A stretch of DNA of 64,000 nt, from IMG/VR virus record IMGVR_UViG_3300031857_000014. One strand, written 5' to 3'. This DNA comes from a virus (taxonomy: Duplodnaviria > Caudoviricetes). Below the pieces are notes generated by a model. That model ran no database searches and was not told the origin of the DNA. It saw only the letters and a program-made list of their open reading frames with translations. Positions 10,499 through 19,279 of this stretch are shown in pieces. Both the position numbers and the translations under genes were made by a program. Within the stretch, counting starts at the first letter, position 1. Each line of letters begins with the position of its first letter.

Positions 10499-10987
10499 TT
10501 AGTAAACTAAGATACATCTATCTGGTCTCATTGAACAAGTGATAGTTGCCACATCATCTCTTGAATAATCAAGATCATTAAAGTTTAAGTCAGTAATGAA
10601 TGTACCTTGAAGTATCCATTTCTCAACCACAACACCAGTTGGGTCAAGCATTTCCAATTCAATGTCTTTTTTATAACCAGCAGCATAACCCATACGACCT
10701 GTAACAGATTCAGCGTGTAAACGGAACCATTCCATTAACGCCTGTGCCGCTGAAGGACCAATTGGGTCTTTGAAAGTTACTCTCATTTCATTCCATTCAA
10801 ATCTACCAGCAACATAAGTTGATGTATTGATAAATGGAATTGCAACAGAATTGATTTTTGCACTAGGTCTAGCCGTTGATGTCACATACCACTCGTTAAT
10901 ACCCAAAGATGATGGAAATCTAAGGATGAATCGGTTTACTCTTTTCGGTTCATATGGAACCGGCATTTTCATTAATAAATCTGCCAT
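10499..10987 (-). CDS. gp19: Tail tube protein (T4 gp19-like)
   Basis: YEPKRVNRFILRF...IPFIN...AGRFEWNEMRVTFKDPI...GYKKDIELEMLDPTG...W.L.G.F; follows the sheath gene. Confidence 0.9.
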   Translation of the reverse strand: MADLLMKMPVPYEPKRVNRFILRFPSSLGINEWYVTSTARPSAKINSVAIPFINTSTYVAGRFEWNEMRVTFKDPIGPSAAQALMEWFRLHAESVTGRMGYAAGYKKDIELEMLDPTGVVVEKWILQGTFITDLNFNDLDYSRDDVATITCSMRPDRCILVY

Positions 10988-11066
10988 TTTTTAAATAATT
11001 AAGTTTTTTTGTTATCTTCCTATAAATACTACGTATTTGAGAATATTTTATTTTTTTTGAAAAATC

Positions 11067-11095
11067 TTGACTTTGTCATTTTTTTTCGTTAGTTT
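11067..11095 (+). promoter_or_regulatory. Putative sigma70-like promoter pointing into the CTAG-rich element
   Basis: TTGACT (11067-11072), 17-bp spacer, TAGTTT (11090-11095). No + strand ORF follows. Confidence 0.35.
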
Positions 11096-11100
11096 TTTAC

Positions 11101-11256
11101 TACCCAGTATCTAGGTTCCAGTATTCAGTATTAATATAACCAATTCCAGCATCTAGAATATTATATAAATACTAGAATATCTAGTTCTAGTATCTAGAAT
11201 AATAAATATAATATTATAAAACTAGTACTAGCATACTAGTTCCAGTATACTGGGTA
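11101..11256. repeat. CTAG/CCAGTAT-rich non-coding array bounded by a 10-bp inverted repeat; candidate replication origin
   Basis: Nine CTAG between 11111 and 11239, several (C)CAGTAT units, and TACCCAGTAT (11101-11110) / ATACTGGGTA (11247-11256). I found no ORF of meaningful length. Confidence 0.7.
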
Positions 11257-11261
11257 AATAG

Positions 11262-11277
11262 TGTTCCACGTGGAACT
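11262..11277. promoter_or_regulatory. parS: parS-like palindrome
   Basis: TGTTCCACGTGGAACT, a perfect 14-bp palindromic core, 15/16 identical to the parS variant TGTTCCACGTGGAACA. Confidence 0.65.
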
Positions 11278-11318
11278 ACCATATTCCCCCTTTATGTTAC
11301 CGAGTTTTTATACAAAAA

Positions 11319-11344
11319 AAATCCTCTAGTTTTCTAGAGGATTT
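11319..11344 (-). terminator. Rho-independent terminator after tail sheath gene
   Basis: 11-bp stem AAATCCTCTAG/CTAGAGGATTT, 4-nt loop, U-tract on the minus strand. Confidence 0.85.
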
Positions 11345-11364
11345 ATATTTTATTTTAATGTTGA

Positions 11365-14271
11365 TTATATATTCTCAAATGAAGCACCAGTCGGAGTTAT
11401 ATTGAATTCAATCTCAATAAATTCAAGAGACCTAGTTGGTTTTAAGTAAATCTTTCCTCTCAATGTGTTTGCATCTAAATCCTCTGGATCACTAGACACT
11501 CTTACACGGAAATCGTAAAGACCTCTTTCTTTCTTTATAGACTCAAGAATAGGATTTACTAATCTCAAGAACTCTTGTCTTACTTGTTCGTCATTTTGTT
11601 CAAATAACAACCTTACAGATACCGCAGAAATCAATTTTCTTGCTCTCAACAATAATCTTCTAACATTAATTCTATCTAATGCAGATTCTCTTAATTGAAG
11701 AGTTTTATTACCCCAAATAATTGTACCTGTATCTGAGAATGTTGCGATAGGGTTAATTCTGTTTGAATATAAGGTGTCTCTTTCATCTAATGTAAGTTTC
11801 TTATTCGCTTTAATTGATTTAACAAGACCTCTTGAATAACCTGCAACTGCGAACCAAGGATACGATACATTATCGGTTAACGCAATATTTCTAACAACTT
11901 CACCTGTAGGCGGGATGTATAATTGTGTTGCGTTGTCTGTATCTCTAACCTGTATCCACGGCCAGTATGTCGCTGAATAGTTACTATCAATTGCGGAATC
12001 GTCAATCGCAGCAACTACTTCTTCAACACCTTCAGCACCAGTGAAATTAGGAGAGTTCATAATATATAATGAATCCGCTCTATCTTCTTCAATCATTTCT
12101 ATCGCTTGGTTAACCAATGAACTATGATCGTAGAAATTAATACCTGGTGTAGCGAATACATTTATATCAACCGCTTCAGGATTTTCAAATGTTTGAATAC
12201 CTTGAAGATACGCATAATAGTCAGAATTACCATTATTAACATCAAATACACCGCCATTATTTTGATTATTTGCGTTATATGTTGGTTTACCATAAATGTA
12301 ACCATCACCATAAGTTCTAACATTTCTATAGATATCCCAACCATCAAAACCACCACCAGCAGCAAATGTAAATTTACGATATCTGATGTCAGTTAATTTA
12401 TCTCCTACTGGTTGACCCTCCAAATCGTATGGAGTTGTAATATATGTGGTACCTGAAATTGTTGATGCGTTTACAGATAAGTGGAAACCAGATGTGGATG
12501 AAGTACCTTCAGCACCTTTATATTTAAATAAATCATTATCATATCTTGAACCTGTCTGATTTGATAAACCTAAAGATACTTTTCTTACTTTATCTCCATT
12601 TGATAATACCGCGGTACCATCAGCGTCATAATACATTGTATCGCCAGCATCAAAGTATTCTGTTTTATACAAAACATTACCTAAAGTACCACCACCAAAT
12701 GTTTGATTATTTACGAATCCTTTAAAACCAGCAGGGAATGCATCAACAGGTGCGTTATCTGCTATAGATAACATAATTAACTTAGAACGTAATTCATAGT
12801 CACCATTTGATGTACCTATTTTTTTAGCGACATAACCTGGTAAATCAGGATTCATACTACATCTTGAATATTTTTCTAAAACAACAGGATTATCATCAGT
12901 ATCATAGTAATCACGAACCAATAAATCAAAATCACCATTATCCAAATTAATATTAGCTATTTGAATTTTAACTGTGTAGTTTGCACTTTCACCATCAGGT
13001 ATTGTTATAATTTCAAACAAATCTGCAACTTTACCACCTCTAACCTCTGAAACAACCATTGGTGTTATCGGAGATAACCATTGACTCATAAAGTTTTCTG
13101 ATTCTGAATTTACAACTTTTGTTAAACTTAAACCTCTAACATATCCTTTTTGAAATGCAGATTGTAAGAATTTAGGGTATGCCTCATGAACGTATATTGG
13201 ATAGTCTGTTCTTGGTTTATCAAACACATCACTTCCCAAAACTTTAGTTATGTATTTTGAAGATGTTTGATCCATGGAACAAGTGAATTGTTTTGCACCA
13301 CCTGTTGTACCCGTTACGTTAATTATAAATTCTGCTAATGGATTTGTAGTAACACCACTTAAATCATCAATATCGAAACGAGATGAAAGAAATGTTTCAA
13401 GACTTAATGTGTTTTGTTGATAGAGACCTCTACTTCTAAGTGCAGCAACTATTAAATCTTTATACTGTGTTAACTCACCTGCATCGTATTTGAATCTAGC
13501 CACATCAAAATATCCATTTTGTGCGTCATATGCAAAAAGATAAGAATAAACACCATCAACATTTCCACTACCATCAAAAGATAAAAGTTTGTTTATCCAT
13601 TCTTTACCGTTAGGACTATCATCAGTATAAAACCCATTAAGTGGGGAAACTTGTTCAATTCCAAATAAAGATGATAATTCGGTAATCGCATTACCATCCA
13701 AATCGGTAACAATATATGCACCTAAATCAGGTACTAATCCCATAGTAAACCAGTTACCATCTTCAGAAGCACCATATCCACCAAAATTTGTTTCAATGTA
13801 ATCTGTTATTGTTGTTCCTTCAAATGAGAATATATTTGAAAGTTCATTATAAAAAATACTTGATGATGGGTTAGATGGGTCCATAGAGTCCACTACTAAA
13901 CTAGTATGTGCACTTGTATCTGCGGTAACACCAGCTAATGTTTGTATACCAAATGTTGTTGTTGGTTTATATCCAGTTAAACCAAGAATTCTTGTTACGA
14001 ATAGTTGGTTTGATTCTTCTAGATACGATTTAGCAACATACGGTAATTCATATTTTGGATTATCTGCACCGTCTTTTACAGGTGTAGTACTTCCAAAGTA
14101 TACTTTGAATTCATCAAAATTGGTAATTAATATTGGTTCAAATGCGGGACCCTTCAATGTCTCACCAACCAATCCGAGTGTTGTAACACCAACACTTTGT
14201 GCTACGAATGTTAAATCTTTCTCTGAGGTATATACACCGGGAGAAACGAATACTTTGTTTGAATTTGCCAT
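11365..14271 (-). CDS. gp18: Tail sheath protein (T4 gp18-like)
   Basis: N-term FVSPGVYTSEKDL...GETLKGPAFEP; C-term SNYSATYWPW...WFAVAG.SRG...ALDRINVRRLL...PTRSLEFI.I.F. Confidence 0.95.
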   Translation of the reverse strand: MANSNKVFVSPGVYTSEKDLTFVAQSVGVTTLGLVGETLKGPAFEPILITNFDEFKVYFGSTTPVKDGADNPKYELPYVAKSYLEESNQLFVTRILGLTGYKPTTTFGIQTLAGVTADTSAHTSLVVDSMDPSNPSSSIFYNELSNIFSFEGTTITDYIETNFGGYGASEDGNWFTMGLVPDLGAYIVTDLDGNAITELSSLFGIEQVSPLNGFYTDDSPNGKEWINKLLSFDGSGNVDGVYSYLFAYDAQNGYFDVARFKYDAGELTQYKDLIVAALRSRGLYQQNTLSLETFLSSRFDIDDLSGVTTNPLAEFIINVTGTTGGAKQFTCSMDQTSSKYITKVLGSDVFDKPRTDYPIYVHEAYPKFLQSAFQKGYVRGLSLTKVVNSESENFMSQWLSPITPMVVSEVRGGKVADLFEIITIPDGESANYTVKIQIANINLDNGDFDLLVRDYYDTDDNPVVLEKYSRCSMNPDLPGYVAKKIGTSNGDYELRSKLIMLSIADNAPVDAFPAGFKGFVNNQTFGGGTLGNVLYKTEYFDAGDTMYYDADGTAVLSNGDKVRKVSLGLSNQTGSRYDNDLFKYKGAEGTSSTSGFHLSVNASTISGTTYITTPYDLEGQPVGDKLTDIRYRKFTFAAGGGFDGWDIYRNVRTYGDGYIYGKPTYNANNQNNGGVFDVNNGNSDYYAYLQGIQTFENPEAVDINVFATPGINFYDHSSLVNQAIEMIEEDRADSLYIMNSPNFTGAEGVEEVVAAIDDSAIDSNYSATYWPWIQVRDTDNATQLYIPPTGEVVRNIALTDNVSYPWFAVAGYSRGLVKSIKANKKLTLDERDTLYSNRINPIATFSDTGTIIWGNKTLQLRESALDRINVRRLLLRARKLISAVSVRLLFEQNDEQVRQEFLRLVNPILESIKKERGLYDFRVRVSSDPEDLDANTLRGKIYLKPTRSLEFIEIEFNITPTGASFENI

Positions 14272-14309
14272 CGATTGTTATTTGCTTAAATATATTTTTA
14301 TTGATTACT

Positions 14310-14317
14310 TATAAATA
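14310..14317 (-). promoter_or_regulatory. Late promoter motif TATTTATA (coding strand) upstream of sheath
   Basis: One of 13 exact gene-oriented copies found upstream of structural genes (see findings). Confidence 0.6.
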
Positions 14318-14399
14318 TCTTTATTTTATTGAAAGATTTATGTATTTTTAACGGTAAGTATCCTTTTATATACTTAATTATCTTTTTTTATCTTTTTAC

Positions 14400-14555
14400 A
14401 TGAAGAATAAGACCAAAAACGTAAAAATTAGTGATAAACACCATCAGATGTTAAAAAATCACTGTGAAAAAAACGGGCTTAAAATCTATAAGGTTATAGA
14501 AAAGTGGATTGAAAATCTATCAAAGAACGATAAGAAAGACATTTATGGTGAATAA
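14400..14555 (+). CDS. Small ribbon-helix-helix DNA-binding protein
   Basis: Not in track. MKNKTKNVKISDKHHQMLKNHCEKNGLKIYKVIEKWIENLSKNDKKDIYGE (51 aa) shows the strand-helix-G-helix pattern of the CopG/Arc type. Confidence 0.7.
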   Translation: MKNKTKNVKISDKHHQMLKNHCEKNGLKIYKVIEKWIENLSKNDKKDIYGE

Positions 14556-14558
14556 CGA

Positions 14559-15794
14559 TTAGTAAAAATATGTAACAGTTATCTTAGAATTTACTATAGG
14601 ATTTATTAGTAGAGTTATTTCATTTTTATTTGTTACATCATATCCTACAGAATTTTCTTCTATAAGACCATTTATATCCAACATAATCAAAGCGGCAATA
14701 GTGTTACTTGTGGTGAATACATTTGTTGTACCATCATAAATAAATGTTTCTTTAGCCAAGAATATTTTATTTCCCCATAAATCAGTTGGTGTTGGGTTTT
14801 TTCCTTTGTAATAAATTATAGTTATTTTACTACCAACAAGAGGAGGAGAAACAAATGTTATTTTTGATGTTTTTGCAATATGGTAATAATCAACATCTTT
14901 AATTTGTACAACACCATTTATTGATACACTTACTAAAATTGCTATAGTTTCACCCACACTAAATGATGTTTGTATTCCATCTGCAACTATTGATGTGACA
15001 AATATTTCATCAATATTCTGTACGCTGGTTTTTACTATTTTAGGTAATTCTTCAAACTCTTGCATTATAAACATTCTACTGATAGCCGGTTTAACTTCAA
15101 ATTCTTCACTGTCAATAAGAAAACCTAACATTGTAAATTTGTAATTCTGTAAATAAAACCTACGACCATCTAATGTATCCATAGGTGTATTATCATCAAT
15201 AGAGTCTAAAACTATAGGAATATAATGTCCTTTAACTGACGTATACGCTTGTCTTGATGAAAAGTTTTGCATTACAAGTTTATTCAACTTATTTAAGTCT
15301 CTAAATTTGTTACAAACTATTGTCACTTCATATGATATATCTACAGCAATTGGTTGCGGTATTTTGTATATGTCTGCACCAAATTGATTACCATCCCAAG
15401 TAGGTACCGTAGCGTAGTGGAATTGTTTTCTAACCGGTATTGTTCTTTGTACTGAAGGATTTGTACCTAATTGAACTTCAGGTTTTCTTATCACCGCCAT
15501 AAAAGGAACCTGAACATTACCATCTTTATCTGAAAATTCCCAATTATTAGTGTACTCCGCCCATCTTTGAATGGTCATTATTTTATCAATAATAGGTACT
15601 TTTTTACCATCAGAAACTATCTGTAAATTATTTTTTACAAATTCCAACATACCCAAATCTAAGTCATCATGTAAAACAGAATCAGGAAGGTAAGTATCGG
15701 ATTTAGTTATCCTATCCAATAATTCTTGTCTTCTTTCAAGTAACTCTTTTTGAGTATAAACACTAAAATTTGTTTTTCTTTTAGGTAATGGCAT
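14559..15794 (-). CDS. Tail terminator / sheath stabiliser (T4 gp15-like) with C-terminal repeated domains
   Basis: Likely start at ATG 15794 (MPLPKRK). Contains PQPIAVDISYEV and two C-terminal F.xDG...F...L.ING...Y...ITF repeats. Confidence 0.6.
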   Translation of the reverse strand: MPLPKRKTNFSVYTQKELLERRQELLDRITKSDTYLPDSVLHDDLDLGMLEFVKNNLQIVSDGKKVPIIDKIMTIQRWAEYTNNWEFSDKDGNVQVPFMAVIRKPEVQLGTNPSVQRTIPVRKQFHYATVPTWDGNQFGADIYKIPQPIAVDISYEVTIVCNKFRDLNKLNKLVMQNFSSRQAYTSVKGHYIPIVLDSIDDNTPMDTLDGRRFYLQNYKFTMLGFLIDSEEFEVKPAISRMFIMQEFEELPKIVKTSVQNIDEIFVTSIVADGIQTSFSVGETIAILVSVSINGVVQIKDVDYYHIAKTSKITFVSPPLVGSKITIIYYKGKNPTPTDLWGNKIFLAKETFIYDGTTNVFTTSNTIAALIMLDINGLIEENSVGYDVTNKNEITLLINPIVNSKITVTYFY

Positions 15795-15795
15795 A

Positions 15796-16308
15796 TTATA
15801 TTCCTCTAAATTCAGATTCCTGTACCGGAGCACAAGTTATTGTTCTATAATGCGGTTTGTAACCAAACATATTATGTTTATTATCAGATACAACCGTACC
15901 GTCATTTGTAACCGTATAATATCTAATTCTGTCTTCTGTTTCCTGATAACCTACATAATCACCATATCTTATATTAATCTTTAATTCTTCTAAATGTTTT
16001 ATGTACACAGACACAATTAAATTTCCGGGTTCTTGATAACGAACTAAACCAGCTTTATATGAAGCATTCTTAGGTTCTTCAATCTTAACCAGAGCATTAA
16101 ATTCTATAGGAGGGAAAAACTTTATTTGGTCTTTCCCGACTTCACCGTATACATCATCGGTGTCTGTTTTTTGTCTATCAACTCTAAATAGAATTAATTT
16201 CATATTTAAGTCACCATGAAGATATTCTTGACCCATTTGAATATTAAGATCAATATCATCAACAGATACGAACTTAGATAATCTAGTTATTGGTAAACGG
16301 TTTGTCAT
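15796..16308 (-). CDS. Head completion / neck protein (T4 gp14-like)
   Basis: DDVYGEV...F.PP.E.NALV...PGNLIVSVY; located next to the gp15-like gene. Confidence 0.6.
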   Translation of the reverse strand: MTNRLPITRLSKFVSVDDIDLNIQMGQEYLHGDLNMKLILFRVDRQKTDTDDVYGEVGKDQIKFFPPIEFNALVKIEEPKNASYKAGLVRYQEPGNLIVSVYIKHLEELKINIRYGDYVGYQETEDRIRYYTVTNDGTVVSDNKHNMFGYKPHYRTITCAPVQESEFRGI

Positions 16309-16366
16309 AATATAATAAATAGTACAAACTTTTATTCTATTTAACTATATTTTAAGTATTTAGATT

Positions 16367-18109
16367 ATGATTATAGAAATTGAAGCAAGAGAAATACTCT
16401 TAAATTATGAAGGTTCTAATAACCAATTATTAGAATGGAAAAAAAGATTTTCCGAACAGAAGAGTTTTAAACTAACCAGACCACAGTCTGAGTATGTTTT
16501 AAAATATCATGACATTAAACCAAAAGTTGCAAGGAAATATATTAAAATAGCGAAAACATTCGGACAAAAAATTATGGACGAAAGATTACTTCCTGAGGTA
16601 CCTGAAAAATTTTGGTGTGAAAAATTGTTATGTGAATCAGATAAAGCGTTTCATATATGGGGTAAAATTATTGAAACTGACCCATTAAATTCTTTTTGGA
16701 TACCAAAAGCAGCAGTTTTACAAGAAGAAAAAAAATTAGATAGAGAAATTGATTACAGTAAATATAGTAATAGACCTCCACTTGAACATCAAAAAGAAGC
16801 GATAGAAAAATTGTTAGCCAACAATAAGTTTATCTTGGCTGATGACATGGGTTTAGGTAAAACAACATCTGCGGTTATTGCGTCTTTAGAAAGTGGTGCA
16901 AAAAAAATATTAATTGTTTGTCCCGCGTCACTTAAAATAAATTGGGAAAGAGAAATCAAAAATTATTCCGATAAAAAAATATTAATCGTTGAAGGTAGAA
17001 AGTGGGGTTCAACATTTGATTATTATATCATAAACTATGATATCATTAAAAACTTTCACACAACTGATAAATCAGAAGACAGTGAGGATTATAAACTTTT
17101 AGTCAATATGAATTTTGATTTAGCAATAGTTGATGAAGCACATTATGTATCAAATACAACAGCAAATAGAACAAGACTATTAAATGATGTCTTAAGTAAA
17201 ATTCCCAAGGTTTGGTTATTAACTGGTACTCCTATGACATCAAGACCAATTAACTATTTTAATTTATTAAAAATTGTTGACTCACCATTAACACTTAATT
17301 GGCAAACATATGTAAGAAGATATTGTAAAGGTTATCAATTTACTGTTGGTAATAGAAAAGTGTGGAATACAAGTGGTGCAAGTAATTTAGATGAATTAAG
17401 AGATTTAACTAAATCTTATGTTTTAAGAAGAATGAAAACTGACATTTTAGATTTACCGGAAAAAACAATTACTCCTGTATTTTTAGAATTGACAAATAAA
17501 ATGTACGATGAGGAATTAGAAGAGTTTACAAAAATAACAAGTGAAAATAAAAATAATGAAACGATAAGTGTTACACTTAATCGTCTTATGAAAATAAGAC
17601 AACTAATTTCTTACGAAAAAATTCCATATACTTGTGAATTAATTGACAAGTGTTTAGAAATGGGTAAAAAAGTTATAGTCTTTACTAACTTCACAGCAAC
17701 ATTGGACACTCTTCATCAAAAATATAAAAAAAATTCTGTTGTTTTAGATGGAAGAATGTCAAAAGATAAAAGACAAGAAAGTGTTGACAGATTTCAAAAT
17801 GACGATAAAGTAAAAGTATTCATTTCGAATATCATTGCTGGAGGTGTAGGTATCACATTAACCGCTGCGGACACAGTAATTATGAATGACTTATCTTTTG
17901 TTCCTGCTCACCATAGTCAAGCAGAAGATAGATCGTACAGATACGGGCAAAAAAATAGTGTTCTCGTTTATTATCCAATTTTTGAAAACACTATTGAAAA
18001 GATTGTTTATAATATTTTACAGAAAAAGAAAAATATTATTGACCAAGTAATGGGTGATGGGGAATATTCTGAATCTTTCAGTAAAGACTTAATTAAAGAG
18101 CTTATTTAA
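16367..18109 (+). CDS. SNF2/HARP-family helicase
   Basis: ILADDMGLGKT, IVCPASL, DEAH, LLTGTP, AGGVGITLT, QAEDRSYRYGQ. Confidence 0.93.
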   Translation: MIIEIEAREILLNYEGSNNQLLEWKKRFSEQKSFKLTRPQSEYVLKYHDIKPKVARKYIKIAKTFGQKIMDERLLPEVPEKFWCEKLLCESDKAFHIWGKIIETDPLNSFWIPKAAVLQEEKKLDREIDYSKYSNRPPLEHQKEAIEKLLANNKFILADDMGLGKTTSAVIASLESGAKKILIVCPASLKINWEREIKNYSDKKILIVEGRKWGSTFDYYIINYDIIKNFHTTDKSEDSEDYKLLVNMNFDLAIVDEAHYVSNTTANRTRLLNDVLSKIPKVWLLTGTPMTSRPINYFNLLKIVDSPLTLNWQTYVRRYCKGYQFTVGNRKVWNTSGASNLDELRDLTKSYVLRRMKTDILDLPEKTITPVFLELTNKMYDEELEEFTKITSENKNNETISVTLNRLMKIRQLISYEKIPYTCELIDKCLEMGKKVIVFTNFTATLDTLHQKYKKNSVVLDGRMSKDKRQESVDRFQNDDKVKVFISNIIAGGVGITLTAADTVIMNDLSFVPAHHSQAEDRSYRYGQKNSVLVYYPIFENTIEKIVYNILQKKKNIIDQVMGDGEYSESFSKDLIKELI

Positions 18110-19204
18110 TCTTTCTGTTTCATCAATAACCATTTTCTTAATTCCTTTGTCTTCAGCATCAGGGAATTGAATTGTAACTGTTTTGGTTTCTTCATCATAA
18201 ATTATTTTATTAATATCACCATCCTTAGTCATTACAACATTTATGTTGTTTTTACTCGCTATTTTCATTAAATTTTTAAGTTCTTCAAACATATCGATTA
18301 TTTTTATTTTTTTTACTACAACTTCTTCAGGAAAAACCCATGTCGTATCTTGTAGTTGTTTATTTTTATTTAAATCATTTTTTAACATTATTATACTATC
18401 CTTATAAACCATTACCCAATAATGACAATTAGAACGAGTACTAAATTTAGATTTAGTTAGAATTTGATTTTCATTGTTGATGTAATAATTTGCATATTTC
18501 ACTTGAATTTTTTCTTCAAAATTATTTGAGTTAACTACCCAAAAATCAACACCAGTTTCTCTATCTAGTGGATCACCTAATCCACTTGAACATTTCATTC
18601 TTAAATAATTTGGGAAAAATTCGTTAATAAATCTTTTGAATAACATTTCACCAATGTCACCTATCATCATTACGTTTGCACATATTGACATCATTTCTTT
18701 ACACTGAGGTGAATTATAATCCAATAATAAATTACTGTATTTTCTAACAATTAATAAAAGACTATGAATTTTTTCATATGTCGATTCAATATCTTCTCTC
18801 CAATTCTCACCTATTCTTATTTTTTCAGTGTATATTATTTTACCATCAATTTCAATATAATCTTTTCCGGATTTTTTTAATGATTCCAAAATAACATTAC
18901 ATTGTGAAAAAAGATATAACTGTCCACTTAAATTAGTATTAAGTGTATTTAATCTGTGCCACCTATTCAATAACACAACACCAAAATCAGTTAATTTAGA
19001 TTGAGGGTGAGGATTTCTTAACCATAAACCTAATGGTTCATAATATTCTTTTAATATAAAATTAATTGAGTCAGATATCCGGTATTTTATACATTTATCT
19101 TTGTACTTATATTCCCCGATTTCACTTAATACTTGAAAAAAAGTTACCTCATATCCTACCTTTTTATCCGTCATTAATCTATTGTATATTTCAGGTGTCA
19201 TCAT
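18089..19204 (-). CDS. Hypothetical protein with possible PD-(D/E)XK nuclease domain
   Basis: GDIGE...GVDFWV...KIQVK resembles a restriction-endonuclease-like active site. Confidence 0.45.
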   Translation of the reverse strand: MMTPEIYNRLMTDKKVGYEVTFFQVLSEIGEYKYKDKCIKYRISDSINFILKEYYEPLGLWLRNPHPQSKLTDFGVVLLNRWHRLNTLNTNLSGQLYLFSQCNVILESLKKSGKDYIEIDGKIIYTEKIRIGENWREDIESTYEKIHSLLLIVRKYSNLLLDYNSPQCKEMMSICANVMMIGDIGEMLFKRFINEFFPNYLRMKCSSGLGDPLDRETGVDFWVVNSNNFEEKIQVKYANYYINNENQILTKSKFSTRSNCHYWVMVYKDSIIMLKNDLNKNKQLQDTTWVFPEEVVVKKIKIIDMFEELKNLMKIASKNNINVVMTKDGDINKIIYDEETKTVTIQFPDAEDKGIKKMVIDETERLNKLFN

Positions 19205-19279
19205 TATTAGTTAAAAATACTAAAAATATTTGGTATTTAGTAATAACTTTTAAGATATTTATTGTAATAACACAAAGAT

